A DNA stretch of 64,000 bases, taken from assembly GCA_964016885.1 (NCBI GenBank), contig OZ024741.1, positions 357,678,001 to 357,742,000 of the forward strand, read 5' to 3'. The translations under genes and the position numbers were made by a program. Below, piece by piece: positions 25,820-39,677 of this stretch; position 1 is the stretch's first letter, and every line of letters begins with the position of its first letter. Source of the DNA: Eledone cirrhosa. Its lineage: Eukaryota. Below the pieces are notes generated by a model. The model was not told the origin of the DNA. It did not search any database and saw nothing but the letters and a program-made list of their open reading frames with translations.

Positions 25820-26080
25820 TCTTCTTCTTTAGAATATAATAGACCACTGCTTGACGTATCCCTTTTTAAGCACCTATTTCTTCTTGTCTAGTTTCATTCT
25901 TGTTCAAACTGGTCTTGTACCTGGTTGCTTTCATATAGTTTTCAATGCTGCCCTCCCTCCCCCATGATCTCATCAACTATTTGCCCTCCCTCTTCTCTGT
26001 CTCTCTCATGGAATCCACCCCATGGATTTTTTCATCCATTGTCCTCTGTTCTCCGGAAATGTCCTGCCCATCTGTATTTA
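25820..26080 (-). mobile_element. Degenerate RTE-like 3' end with (GAA)n tail
   Basis: Minus strand reads RWAGHFRRTEDN; TTCTTCTTC tail. Confidence 0.55.
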
Positions 26081-26096
26081 TGCTTACAACACATGC

Positions 26097-26424
26097 ACTA
26101 TCCTGTCTCAAATAATACACACACACCCTGCCGCCGCTTATTAAATTTTGTTAATCTATCTCTGGCGAAATTTTATTTTAAGTGGTAGCATTCCTGCGAC
26201 AATTAATTTTATTATACATTAAAAAATATTATAAATGACAAAAAAGTACAAAAATCCCATCCATTATAATATAAATATCATGGGTTGGAATCTGAATATG
26301 TAAACTAAATGACTAATTCTGGATTTTAAAAAAATCAATGGAGACAACCTGGAAAAATTACCGGTTCTCCCCTTCCCCCATGCTTATTCCATCCCCACCC
26401 CCTATTATTTGGGACCTGAGAGTA
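26097..26424. mobile_element. Old non-autonomous DNA element; inverted relative at ~22650-22790
   Basis: Imperfect termini (GTCTCAAATAATA / TATTATTTTGGGAC); 26136-26220 matches the reverse complement of 22651-22736. Confidence 0.55.
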
Positions 26425-27974
26425 CATGAATTAGCTATATTTAGATAGATAGAGAGAGAGAGAGATAATACTTTTGGCAGAGAACCTTGACTTCTGGCAT
26501 AAATAAAACTATTTTATAACATTTTCCTCCACCTTTTTTTTTGTTTTGTCTTACTATTAATTCTATTTCTAGATGAAAAATTTTTGAACAACTTTGTCAA
26601 ATTCTTGTGTTTGTTTATAAGACCGACAGACAAATAATCCAATACAGTTATTATAATATAGATTGTCAATTTTGATTCACCTGAAAAGCATATTGACCTG
26701 AGTGGGCACGTTATTCACTCCTCTGTCTTTCACACACACATAACATGCCTGTGTGGGATTGTTATTCATAAGCCTACACAGAAGACATTACCAACACCCA
26801 CAATCTCTTTGCCAAATATCTGAAAGTTTAAAAAAAATGTCTTTTGTCTAACTCTAACCAAAACATATTCCATGCTATTTATATATTTGATACTTCGGTA
26901 GAATATTCTGGAATCATTCATTACCTATATGATTTCTACACCCTTTCATTTTAGTTTGCTTCTGTGTGTGTATGTGTGTGTTGCAGTTAGTTAGCAATTG
27001 ATTTTCTCTCTGTTACCTGTATACTGTTTGTATGACTAAGCCAGCATTCCTTCCTCTTTTAGTGTGCTTGCTACTACAGCTGTTTAATGTCCTCTCAGTA
27101 TGGGTAGTGTTATGTTTTTAGCATGTAAGAACGTTTCAATAAATTTCTCCTCCTACAAAACCTGACAATTTTGTCATTAATACTAGAATGTTGTTTCTTT
27201 CCTTGGAAACAGCTTCCATATTCATTTTGGCCTTGTGTGTTTTGTTATAAGCAGCAAATGTTTTAAGTTTATCTTCCCTGCTAAATTAGAGGTTAGCATT
27301 GGGGCCCCCAATATAACAAGCTTCTCCATTTTGCCCTATCCTCTGCATTCCATCTCACCAAACTACCTAGCTTTCGTTTTCTCCTCCATCTTTAGCCATA
27401 TGTTTCTTGGTTTTCTCTTTCTTTTACTTCCTTCCACATTTATTTCTATTTCTCCTCTTCCAACCCAGTCATTTTCATCCAGGTGTATCCGGTTTAGAAT
27501 AGATATGTCATACCCTTGCATGCTGGTCGTGTCATAAGGGGTGACTAAAAAGGATTGGCACAGGGAAGGGCATCCAAGCGTAAAACATTACCTTAAAAAA
27601 GGGACCCTATCATCATGATAAATTATGTAAAATAAGGGAACGATTCGACAACTCTTAACATCCTACGATGATTTAACAGAAAATATCTAAAAACAGGTTT
27701 GCTAATTCAGATGTTTATAGTAGCTTCATTAGTGGGCAAATTATGAAAATTTGCTGTATTCGTGTAAAAACTTTAATTTTTAATGTGATGCAGACAGTGC
27801 TGTTTTGCATTTTTGTTTGAAAAAAGGTTTTATTGATGAAGTCTCATGTGGTACAGGACGTTAAATATACACTAATCTATATATTATTCTAATTCTGTCA
27901 TCTTCCATACTTATTCTGTATTTACTCTGCCCTCCCTCTAACATTACATACACATTCACTATACACACACACTG

Positions 27975-28068
27975 CTACTACCCACACACATGCTGACACC
28001 ACATACAGATATGCACACTACCCACACACGCTGACACCACATACAGATATGCACACTACCCACACACA
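27975..28068. repeat. Short tandem repeat of ~38-40 bp, about 2.3 copies
   Basis: CTACCCACACAC..GCTGACACCACATACAGATATGCACA repeated. Confidence 0.8.
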
Positions 28069-28558
28069 TTGATCTTGCATACCATTTCATTAGTTTCACT
28101 TGCTCTTTCTTTCCTTTGTCTTTTCTAATTTTCTGAAAATGAAAATTTAGTTGTGATACAAAATAGTGAGTGAATTTGAATTTAGTAAGTATGTTAGCTT
28201 ATTGTAAGTTATTATAGTTGCCATGAGGTCTTTCTTGAGGTAATGTTTTATGTCAAGATGCTCAGTTCTGTTTGAGCGAATCATGGTCCCTCGATCTGAT
28301 CCCTCACAAAGGGACAGCCCATCCTACCCATGCTAGTGTAGATGGACATTAAACGAAAATGATGATGATGATGATGCTCTTCCTAGTTCTTAGTGCCAAC
28401 TCTTTTAGTCATTTCTGATGACATAGAGATATGGTGTACCTATTTTTAAGAAAATGGCAAGGAAATGAAATGAGGGATGCAGACAATAGGGAAGAATAGA
28501 GAATCTTATCTTAGGGCCCCCCAAGGTTAACCCCTGCCTTAGCAGGGAAGATGACCTT

Positions 28559-28776
28559 TGTTAGCTTATTATAAGCTGTAACAATTCAGGTTTGACTATT
28601 CAATGTGAGTCTGATTCCTACTTTTGTCCACTTTTCCTGTCTCCAGGGGTCCACATGCCCTGTCTCCAGGGGTTCACATGCCCTGTCTCCAGGGGTCCAC
28701 ATGCCCAATTTGTTCAATTATTTCATAGTCAAACTATAGTCAAACCTGCGTCATAGCAGCCTACAATAAACTAACA
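28559..28776. mobile_element. MITE with ~40-bp imperfect TIRs and an internal 23-bp x3 tandem repeat
   Basis: TGTTAGCTTATTATAAGCTG...CAGGTTTGACTAT versus ATAGTCAAACCTG...CAGCCTACAATAAACTAACA; CCTGTCTCCAGGGGTCCACATGC x3 at 28636-28706. Confidence 0.7.
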
Positions 28777-30191
28777 TACTTTCTAAAAACGTAGTACTGG
28801 TAGAAAGGGTGGGGGGAAAGGTGAGACAGCTCTGGTTCATTGCCAAATTTTGGTAAATGCTAAATGAGATACAGATATGTATTAACACTCCTCATTCTTA
28901 TAGTGCTTGCTTTCTACTACTGCTGCTGCTGATGTATCATCACCTTAACTATCTGTTGGGAGGAGGCGGAAGGGGTGTTGTCTCTCTATTTTTGTTTATA
29001 CCTCTGGCTAGCTGTGTGTGTATCTCTTTCTCTGTCTCATTTTCTCTTTTTACCTCCCTCTCTATTTCTACCTTTGTCTCTGTCTCACTTTCTCTTTTTA
29101 CCTTTGGCTGTGTCTTTTGACTGTTTGTTTATGTCCTGTAACTTAGCAGTTCAACAAAAAGAGATTGATAAAATGAATGCCAAACTCGGTAGAATAAATA
29201 CTAGGGGTCGATATCGTCAACTAAATCTCTTGAAGGTGGAGCTCTGGCATGACCACGATCTAGTGACTGAATTTTTACACATTTTTTTTCTTTTTCCTGA
29301 ATCATTATTCAATTTTTTAAAAGACTCTTTTATATGTATGGGTCTTCGACTCATTTCAACTATGTTAAATGTTTCCTAAACCTTCATTATTTATTATAAA
29401 TCTGAGCCCACTTCTTTCTAAACCTTTGAGATTCTTTATAACAATGATAGGCATTTGTTATAGCTATTGAAAATAAAGAGCCCTTTACACTTGATGGAAT
29501 CAGACATGGTGTGTCTTGGGCATTTTAAACCTGGCAGAGCCCATCTCTCTGGAACATAGCTGATTCCCTCCACAGAAATAGAGAGAGCGAGAAACTGACA
29601 ATGAAGAACAATCAATGCCAATACTGGACTAGTACTTTATTGACCTCTAAAGAATGAAAAGCAAAGTTGATCTCAACATGATTTGAACTTAGAGTGCAGT
29701 GGTCCAGAACAAATATTGAGACATTTTTAATCTGACTCCCTAACAACTCTGTCAATTTGCCACATCATTAAAGCTATAACAATTTTATTTTCTTTCACTT
29801 TCTTGTTCATATAATTAACAGCACACCATTAGTGTCACTTGTAGTTAGTCTTCATCATTATCATCATCCTCATGTTCACTTTTCCATGCATAGTTTCTCT
29901 CCACTTGTCATGTTCCTTCTCATCTCCTCTCTGAGGTTCAACACCTTGAGACCAGCTCTCACCACTTTTTCACAAGTCTACTTGGAAGATATTATCCATG
30001 ACTTTTATAAATCCAGTAGTAAAACTCTTTTGATACCAACCCACCTGATATACAACACAATTGTTCATTTTGTAATGTCCATCTTAGTTTTATTTAAGAA
30101 ATTTTTGTTAAGTAATGTTTCTAACATTAACTTATTGATGAAAAGGTCAGCTATCTTAATTCCTTTGAATTTTCATAATTAACTAACTCAT

Positions 30192-30370
30192 ATCATCATC
30201 ATCTGGTTGAGCTTGCTCGGACAATCATGAACCTAGCACGCCATCTATCATGATCAAGTGTTGGGAGGTCATTAGGGAAGCATCCTGTGTCTCTACATAG
30301 TTGTTCGATGTAAGTTAAAGCCAGTTGGCTAACCTTCCTCTGATTGCGGCTAGGTGCCCAAAACAAAAGA
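30192..30370 (-). mobile_element. RTE LINE extreme 3' end
   Basis: LLFWAP...LTYIEQLCRDTG...DRWR followed by a (TGA)n tail. Confidence 0.75.
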
Positions 30371-30627
30371 TCATATATATACAAGGCATTTCATTAGAAA
30401 TACAGTTACTATTCTTTCATTTTTATTCAATAGGGTGTCTACTTGTGTAGTTGCCTCAACATAAAGGAATTTATATCTTACCAGAGTTCAATCTGCCTTG
30501 ATAAAATAATCAACCATAATTTACTTGCATCATTTCTTGTAGCAGAAGATTAACATTAATAAGAATTTCAGGTTTGTACTTGTCTGGCAAGTGACTTAAT
30601 CTGAAACCACGTGTTGAAACTAAAACA

Positions 30628-30880
30628 ATTACTGCATTGAAGAGTCATTTTAGCCAGATAAAAATACAGAAATACTGTTAGCTTTATATTTACCATATTT
30701 CTAGTGCCAAAATTTTTGTCAAACTTGGTCACTGACACAGTTCTACTGCAATTCCATTGTGTCAGTGACCAGGTCGCAAACAATGTGACAGAAATTTTAA
30801 CATCAGGAAATAAATGATAAATGTAAAGTTAGCAGTTTTTGTGTGTTTTATATGGCTAAAATGACTTTCACTTAGTAAAT
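30628..30880. mobile_element. Palindromic MITE with central 14-bp perfect stem; second copy at ~47172-47415
   Basis: AGTCATTTTAGCCA / TGGCTAAAATGACT arms; TGGTCACTGACACA (30726-30739) pairs with TGTGTCAGTGACCA (30758-30771). Confidence 0.75.
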
Positions 30881-32259
30881 ATTATTAAAGTTGCTGTTTT
30901 ATTTCAGTTTTTCCATACTTTGCACAGGCTGGGTGAAGCCTAAAGCTCACCCCAGTTCCATGGGCATTAAGTAACTGAGAATATAAGACTGCACTTTTGG
31001 ATGTCATTGCCAGTCTGTTACAGGGTTACACATTTTCAGCTGAGTGAACTGGAGCAACATGAAACAGAGTGCTTTGCTCAAAGACACAATGTGTTTCACA
31101 GTCTGGAAATTGAACCCATGACCAACACCATAACCATTAGGCCTCACACCTTCATGTTACTATTATTAATCTTTCAAAAACTAGCCTTGCTCTCAAGCAA
31201 AATAAATCAATATTCTATGCATGTTCAGAGAACATTTGTGTAGCAATTATGACATATAAGGCTATGATCTTGATTCCAACCAAAGATATTATTAACATTC
31301 CCTATGACTACTCTGACCCCTTTATCTTGAATCTCTGTCATTCCACCCCACCAACTCCCTAAAATATGCTAGTCACTGGTTAATTACACTCCCATCATTT
31401 CAATACACAAATAGGGGGAAGGAAAAGAAGGGAAGTGTTTCAAAATAAGAGCATTTCTTTAAATGGAGCAAAAACGACTTGTAAAAAGGCTGTGATGTTT
31501 ATGTGTTTCTGGAAATTATCTGGGGTATTTGGCAGGGTGGAATGAGGGTGATATTAGTAGGGGAGAGTGGTAATTAGATTCCTCTTGCTCTGCTTAAATA
31601 GGATCTTCTCTGCTATACTGTTAAATGTATATATGAACCCTTAATTTCTGATTGAGTCGCAGAGGTGCCATAATGGCATACAGAGTGTTTTGGGCATTTT
31701 AAACTTGGCAGAGCCCACCCACTCTCCAAGTCTGACACAGCTGATTTCTTTCAAAGAAGGAAAGACAGGAAATGAGAAAGAAAGTTAGAGGAAGAATCAA
31801 CCTCAGTACTGAACTAGTACCTCGACAGTATTTGAACTCAAAAGTGCAGAGAACCAGGGTGAATACTGCAAAACCTAACCAATGTTTTGACAATCCTGCC
31901 AATTTGCCACCAATGTACTGTTATAGATATAGCTCTGCTATAAAAATGTCCCTGTCTTATTTCCCTCATTACTCATCAATATCCATCTTTCTCTCCCCTC
32001 CTTTCCTTCTTACCTTCACCCATTTTTATTGCTATCTATCATTCATTTTTTACATACATCTCTCTCTCTCTCTCTCCTCTTACTCCTTATTACCCCTGTC
32101 TCTTCCTTCACTTTCCTCACCTCCTGTTATTCCAATCATATTATTTTTCTATTCAATCTCCTCACCAACAACCAGTATATAGCTGACCAGCACTATCTCT
32201 CTACTTCCTCTCTCCCAACACTCTGTCACTCTAGTTCTGTCTCCTTCAACATTCTCTCT

Positions 32260-32357
<98 letters not shown>

Positions 32358-33617
32358 CCCACTCTTTTGTCTTGTTGGGGATATGATTTGCTTGGTGTTA
32401 GGAAGGGCATCCAAGTGTAGGAAACATACCAAAAATGGAATGTACAAATGAGAAATGGTCCCTGACCTTTTTTAGTAGAGTTGTAATTATACCTGGCTAA
32501 TTAGGCATAATAAAAAGCACCCAGTCTACCCTATAAGGTGGCAGTGTTGGTGCCATGACAAAAATCACCCAGTCCACTTTATGGTGTTAGTAACATAGTC
32601 ACAATAAAATACTCTCAATACATGGTGTAAAGTGGTTGGCATTAGGAAAGGCATTCAGCTGTAAACATTCTCAATATATCCTGACCAACCCATGTCAGCA
32701 TGTGAAAGTGGATGTAAAAATGATGATGATGGAATATCATCACTATTTTGTGTCTACTTTCCATGCTTGTGTGTGTGTGTGTGTATAGTCACACACATGT
32801 GTGTTGTGTGCATTTTCTCGAACCATATTTCTACTTCATTCTTCATTTTTATATTACTTATAATTCTGTGATTAACTAATCTAATCTGAAAAGACACCTG
32901 GAATTTTTTTTTTAATAAAATGCTTTTTCTTGCCCATATTTTCTTTTAAAAAAATGTTTAATAGTTGTTCTAAATATCTTTGTTGTATTTTTAATGTATA
33001 ATTTGAGATGATTCCATTATTAAATGTGTCAACATATAATAGTTTGTTACGTCTTTCATCATATTTTTCTTTACCAATTTTATCAATCCTATCCTCTATG
33101 TAGCCCTCATGCTATGTCAGACCTCTCTACCCACATTCCTGTTAGTGACTGTTCTGTTCTGTGATAATTTCTACTACAAATGCTTTCCCCCAATTCATGC
33201 CAGCAACAATGCTTGATACCTTACTATATTTTTTTGCCTATATCTTATGTGAATCAGGAATAGTTGGGTGAGGTGGTGTGGTGTAGGGTTGCTATTTATC
33301 TATGTTGTCTTACTACCATAGTTCGGTGAATAGTGTGTCATTTCAACAGCTGGTAGGTAATATTAAAAGTAGTAGGGTTTTATATCCAGTTGCCACAGTT
33401 TGCAGCAGCATCTCATGACACATACTCCTCAAGTTAAACTCTAAATTAATATATATATACACACACATATATATATATAAATATACATTTGTTGAATACA
33501 AAGGGATCCCTATATAATTATTTTGATTGATCATTCACTTGTGTTGAACTTTAATTAATCATGCCAATTTCAACAAAACGAATTGTAAGTGAAAGTTTAT
33601 CTTATCATGTTTCACAG

Positions 33618-33681
33618 GAAGAGGAAATCATCAAAAATGGAGAAAGTCTATCAATGTCTAGTGAAAATGCCACATTCAATG
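33618..33681 (+). CDS. Short coding exon (EEEIIKNGESLSMSSENATFN+G, phase 0/1), probably the same gene
   Basis: TTTCACAG acceptor and GTAAGT donor at 33682; open in phase 0, matching the donors at 2413 and 10729; similar acidic composition. Confidence 0.75.
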
Positions 33682-34702
33682 GTAAGTAATCTTATAAATA
33701 TATCATTTTGACACATTTATTTTTCACTTTCCCTTCTTTTGCTGAGTCAAATATAAACCTTTTTAATATCAAACTGTTTGAACTTCCCTGGATTTATGAT
33801 CCAAAACTGCTCATTTTAAAATGATGTTAAAACCATCCATCATAAATTTTATTTTAGAAATTTTAATGTAATGCTCTAAATATCAACTTACTAATGAAAA
33901 ACAGTTATTTTATTGAATCCTTACAAATATTTAGTTATTTTCAAAATTAATTGAAACGTATAGGCAGTGTATTTCATTAGAAATACAGTAATGAAAGGGT
34001 TAAAACTGTCACATTGTTTAGTATTGATGTAGAATCTCTGCTGGTCAAATCAGATAACCACCTCATGGTGGATGTCTTTATATAGTGAGTGTAATGAGAG
34101 AAGGGCTGCTGCACACACAACTGTCATATGCAGTAATATAATCAGAATAGCAGCCTGGACCTAATGGCAAAGTGAACTGAGATAATAGCAATCTCTGGTC
34201 TGAGGGTGAGTACAGTTGTAGCTACTCTCTCCTATTGTTTTACCAGGCTCGCAAGACAGAGTTAAACTCAGAACCACAAGCCAATGTAACTTTTCTCATT
34301 CTGCTGTCTACAGTGATGTGGACTGGACCATTTAAGTGTTAAAGTTGTAGTTGATATTGTGTGGATGAGTTCTCTGTTGTCAGGGCCTCTGGTACAACAC
34401 AGAGATGGTGGTGCAGATACACACACACACACACACACACACATACATACATATCATTATCATCAACCTTTTATTTGTGTGTGTGTCATCATTATCATCA
34501 CCATGTAACATCAATTTTTCCATGCTTACATGGGTCAGACAGGTCATCCGTGTCAAGAGACATGTCTGACCAGGATTGGCCATGCAGTACCTTGCTCTGA
34601 TGGCACAGTAAATTTGGCTGGGGTTTTTACAGCTGGATGCCTTTCCTAACACCAACCACAATTACAGTATATATATATATATATATTCATACACACATAC
34701 AA

Positions 34703-35030
34703 AGGGTAAAGGCTCCCTTCAGTCACAAATGACCATGGGATTTGTACCTATAAAGTTCTCCCTCTGAGGCAGAAGTTAGGGCAAGGTGTTTTTTTGTGGA
34801 AGACCAGCAGTAACCCTTGCATACCTGTCTCCCCTCTCCACACCACCGATATGGTTCATGGGAAAGGCTGATACAACTTGGCACCAGTGACGTCATAACT
34901 CATTTCTACATCTAAGTGAACTGGAGCAATGTGAATTAAAGTGTCTTGTTCAAGAACACAACACGCCCCCCACTCTGGGAATCAAACTGACAACCTGATG
35001 TTTGTAAGCCCAACTTTCTAACCACTGAGT
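34703..35030 (-). mobile_element. tRNA-derived SINE with (TTTACC)-type tail; opposite-strand copy at ~56515-56840; related heads at ~930-1150, 23455-23760, 30945-31150 and 51590-51880
   Basis: Shared CTTGA(A/G)CAAGACACTTTA.TTCAC...CCAGTTCACTCAGCTG block and tRNA-like head. Confidence 0.75.
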
Positions 35031-38000
35031 CCCATAACGATATATATATAGGAAATATATTTAACATCCCTTCTAGCAAGAGTTGGACAGGTCTACATTG
35101 ACCAAATCAGAACTTAAGTGGAGCTACTGATCTCTCTGGCAGTCCAGGGATGTGTTTCTTTATGTATAGACGACGCTCCACCAAATGCACAGGAGAGGTT
35201 GTCATGTCTTTGACACAACTGAGGATCCTTCTAATCCTTTGTTTGGCAAGATTTCTATGGCTGGATGCCCTTCCTATCCCCAACCACTTTACAGCATGTA
35301 CTAGGTGCGTTTATTATATATATATATATCATCATCATCATCGTTTAACGTCCATCTTCCACGCTTGCATGGGTTTGGATGGGAGTTTTCCCACTTGAGC
35401 CAAGATCGGTTGTCCTGCTCGTATAGGACTGTCTGGCGGGTTTTCTACGGCTGGATGCCCTTCCTAACACCAACCACGTTTACAGTGTGGACTGGGGGGT
35501 TTTTACCGTGTTACCTACACGGCCACATTACAGCGTGGACTGTGTGTTTTTTTGTCGTGACACCTACACGACTGGTGGGTTTTCTACGGTTGGGTGCCTA
35601 TATATATATCCTTGCAAGCATGGAAAAATGGATGTAAAAACAAAATGATATGGCCTGGATCACAGCAAGTTGCAACAGAAACTCTGTAGATGCTGGTGGC
35701 TGCAGCTTCATGTATGTTGCCTCTGTTGTTAATGTTTGGTAATTTTAATTTTATATCAATTGCTGGATGCTCAGCTTGTTATCAAATATCCTATTGACTC
35801 TGTCGGTCATCTGTGATCTCTTATTACTTGCATAAATATTAAATTTCAAGTGTGTACTATAGCTATATTGTCCCAAGAATATAATATGTAGTATCATATA
35901 AATATATTGTATTATAACTGTTAGATTTATATGATGTATGACACGGTGTCATATGACTATGGTTCCACCAAAGTTTTATTTCAGTGTGGTAAACCTTCAA
36001 TTTAAGAGACTAATAGGGGAGGTGTATCTGTTAATCCAGAAAGTCTGCTAAAATGAAATTAACTAGGGGTCATTTCTATTGTTTTTAATATCTAAAAAAA
36101 ATGCTTTACCACATTGTCCACAACTGCACAAAATAAAATTATTTGATTAAAATAAGGAATGTATTTATACAGATATAGCTTAATCATATACTTTGGCAGC
36201 TATCACACTTCTGATTATAAGGAATATGTAATTTTTTACTTCTCTTTTGGCAGTATAGTTGAAGAGTGGTAGTACAGTATTGTATTGTTCATATTTTGTC
36301 CATTAAATTAGGGTCTGTTTTATGAAGAGTTTACTGAATTTAACCCTTATGATACCAAACATCTCCTGTTTCTATGATACTTAGCTATTTATATTAAATT
36401 GCTTATATTTATTTTAAAATCTATCATAATTTGTTAAGTCATGTTTCCAAACACAAACTTAATTATTGTACTAAATCCTTTCAAATTCTTGATCATCTTC
36501 AAAATAATTTGAAAATTATAGGCAGTATATTTCATTAAAAATATGGTAGCGAACATCAGCTTAATAATTGTTTCTACAATAGGCACAAGGCCAGCAATTA
36601 TCTCAGTGTATTACCGGTACTTTATTTTATCGACCCCTGTTAGGATGAAAGGCAAAGTTAACCTCGACGGGATTTGAACTCAGAATGGCAAGGACCGTTT
36701 AATAATAGTTTCTAATTTAGGCACAAGGCCAACAATTTTCGAAGGAGGGGAAAGTCGTTGATTAAATTGACCCTAATAACGAGAAGGTTAGTTATATTGC
36801 TAAATCCTTCCAAATTCTTAATTATATTCAAAATCATTTGAAAATCATATGCAGTGTATTTCATTTGAAATATGATAATGAAAAGGTGAATTAAATGAGA
36901 AAACAAGAGGGTACATAAATATATTATCTGTGCAGTTTATTAAGTTATCTCAAAGCTCTTATTTGAAATATTAGTCTTGGTAACTCCAGTCCCTAAATGG
37001 TTAGTATGGTGCCTGCTATGTACATACTGACTAGGGACTCCCAATGATAGATTAAATGCATATGTTCTACTTTCTTTTAAGCAACCCCACTAATTAATCA
37101 AAAGTTGACAAAGGAGAACTGAACAGTTTGCAGTCTGGTATTTTATGATATAGTATATATGGTATGGTTATTGTATTTTAACATAGATGTAAAGTTCACT
37201 GAGGGCATAGGGTGTTGAATTACTTTGTTTATAGGTCATAGTTTGAGTAACTTTAGCACTTATAATACCAACGCGCCTGAGGCCACCCCTGATCTAAAAT
37301 ACAAAACCATCCATTTTTAAGTTATTTTATTTCCATTTAACCCTTTAGCATTTACATTACTCTATATATACTATTGTATTTTCACAGTAAAGGCTTTACC
37401 TCACATAATTATCTTACATAATATCAAATCTATGAAATTTTGATATAATTTATTTTGAGAACAATACCTTACAGTCGGTGTGAGGGGTCAGTTATGGCCA
37501 GTTTGAACAGAAAGAGGTGAAAGAATTCTGGTTGGATATGGGCAGTTTAAATGCTAATGGGTTAAGCCTACTCTCAGAATTTTATGTAAGACCCTTTTGT
37601 TTTATGCTTCAACTTCATGAAGAAGTTGGATATTTTATTAAATCTTTCCAAATTCTTGATTATTTAATATTTAATTGAAGCACATAGATACTTCATTAGA
37701 AATATGGTTCCAAAAGGATTAAGCAATGTGTTGTTATTTCTAAGCAAATCAGAATGCCTAATTTCAGAATAAATCAACTGAATATGGAGGCATCTTTGGT
37801 AAACATTAGTTTTATGGTTGTCATTGTTTAGCCCCAGGCCACTGAACCTACGATCAAGCATTCCAATTAAAGGTATCTCACCTTATTTTCAGCCATAGAT
37901 GATATGGGTGTGATTTGAGGAAAATTTGTCTGCTATTTCTAGCAAATCGAGCAACTATATAAATGCTCTCTTTTTGGCTCATAAGTTCAATAGATTGAAA

Positions 38001-38572
38001 ACATGGTAAAGGGGTAGAACTTAAAATCAAAATGTGATGTGAATTATTGGTTTATGCATATGACTGAGAAGAATGGGTTGTAAGTACTCTTATAGGTATT
38101 TTGTTTTACATTTTGGTAACTAGGGATAAGATCAGTCTTCTACACAAGTATCAAACTTGAAAATAAAAGTACTGGGGTTGATATTATCAATCAAATGTGA
38201 AATTTGTTTGGATTTTAATGTATCCAGCTATTAAATTGACTCTAGGCAGACATGTAGTCCAGGTAGGCAGATGTTGGTTCAGTGAGATTTCAGTTGCTGA
38301 AAAATGAAGCTGTCAATCCTTCTACATTCCAATGCAAGCTTCAGATAGTAACGTTCTCAGCAGAATGTTAGTGGGCAGAGCAAGTGAAAACCCACATAGA
38401 AAACAACACAACTTATCATGTGGCTACCTGGAAAAATAAGTTAAAAGATCTACAATGCTGTTTGCAGTAGCTGTACTACGTCTCATTCTCACATGAGAAT
38501 TAGATATAACAGTTACCACAAACCATCGACTATTATGTAGTATATATGTATTTAGCTGGAAAAATGAATGTT

Positions 38573-39490
38573 AAATGATGATGATGATGGTGATGTGTGT
38601 ATATATATATATATATATTAAATAAACAGACCAACCGGCACTTCCCTTAAAGCCACCCCACCCTCCATGGGCTAGTAACAGGCAGTCTAAATCCCACTCT
38701 TTGTACCCACTCTTCCTCCTCTTACCCTCTCCCACTCGCTATCACTGTCTTCCCAGCTTTGAATGTATGCAGTAGATGTACAGGGAAATTAGACAGTAGA
38801 AGTCGCACTGATAGACACATTTTTCAAATGCGAGAGGGTGCTATAGAAGTGGTGGATAGCTTCCGGTACCTAGGAGATCAGATTAGCATGGGAGGAGGGT
38901 GTTCCGAGGCCATAGTATCTAGAATAAGGACGGGTTGGAAGAAGTTTAGGGAGCTGCTTCCTCTGTTGACGAAGAAGGATTTCTCCCTGCGTACGAAAGG
39001 CCGGTTGTATGATGCCTGTGTGAGGAGCGCGATGCTGCATGGTAGTGAGACATGGGCAGCAACCGCAGAGGATATGCGACGGCTGGAGAGAAATGAGGCA
39101 AGCATGCTCCGTTGGATGTGCAGTGTAAATGTGCGTGAACGACCCAGCATAAATGTGTTGAGAGAGAAACTGTGTCTGAGAGGGATAGAATGTAGTGTAC
39201 GGGAGAGGAGACTGAGGTGGTATGGACATGTGATGCGCATGGAGGATGACCGATGGGTGAAGAAGTGCCAGGAAATGCCAGTTGAAGGAAGACGTGGTAG
39301 AGGTAGACCACGAAAAACATGGGCGGAGGTGGTGAGAACAGACCTCAGATCATTGAAGCTCACGGTGGAGATGACGAGGGACCGTGACGAGTGGAGAGAT
39401 GCTGTGCTGAATAAGACCCGTCTCACCCTTGCAAGCAGGGAAAAGCGGACGTAAAATGATGATGATGATGAAATGATGATGATGATGGTG

Positions 39491-39538
<48 letters not shown>

Positions 39539-39677
39539 TAAACAGACCAACCGGCACTTCCCTTAAAGCCACCCCACCCTCCATGAGCTAGTAACAGGCA
39601 GTCTAAATCCCACTCTTTGTACCCACTCTTCCTCCTCTTACCCTCTCCCACTCGCTATCACTGTCTTCCCAGCTTTG
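38573..39677 (+). repeat. Direct repeat pair 38573-38761 / 39471-39677 (long TSD)
   Basis: Identical except one G/A change and an 18-nt (TA)n length difference. Confidence 0.95.
38762..39470 (+). mobile_element. Young 5'-truncated RTE LINE with uninterrupted ORF C-terminus and (TGA)n tail
   Basis: 231-aa ORF with FRYLGD, GWKKFRELLPLL, MLHGSETW, RLRWYGHVMR and GRGRPRKTW; flanked by long direct repeats. Confidence 0.95.

Noticed and set aside
26620-26664. Helitron-like 5' end on the minus strand (ATCTATATTATAA...TGTCTGTC)
   Set aside because: No matching 3' hairpin/CTAG end identified; too little evidence.
38878-39651. 257-aa minus-strand ORF
   Set aside because: Antisense shadow of the RTE ORF running through microsatellites.
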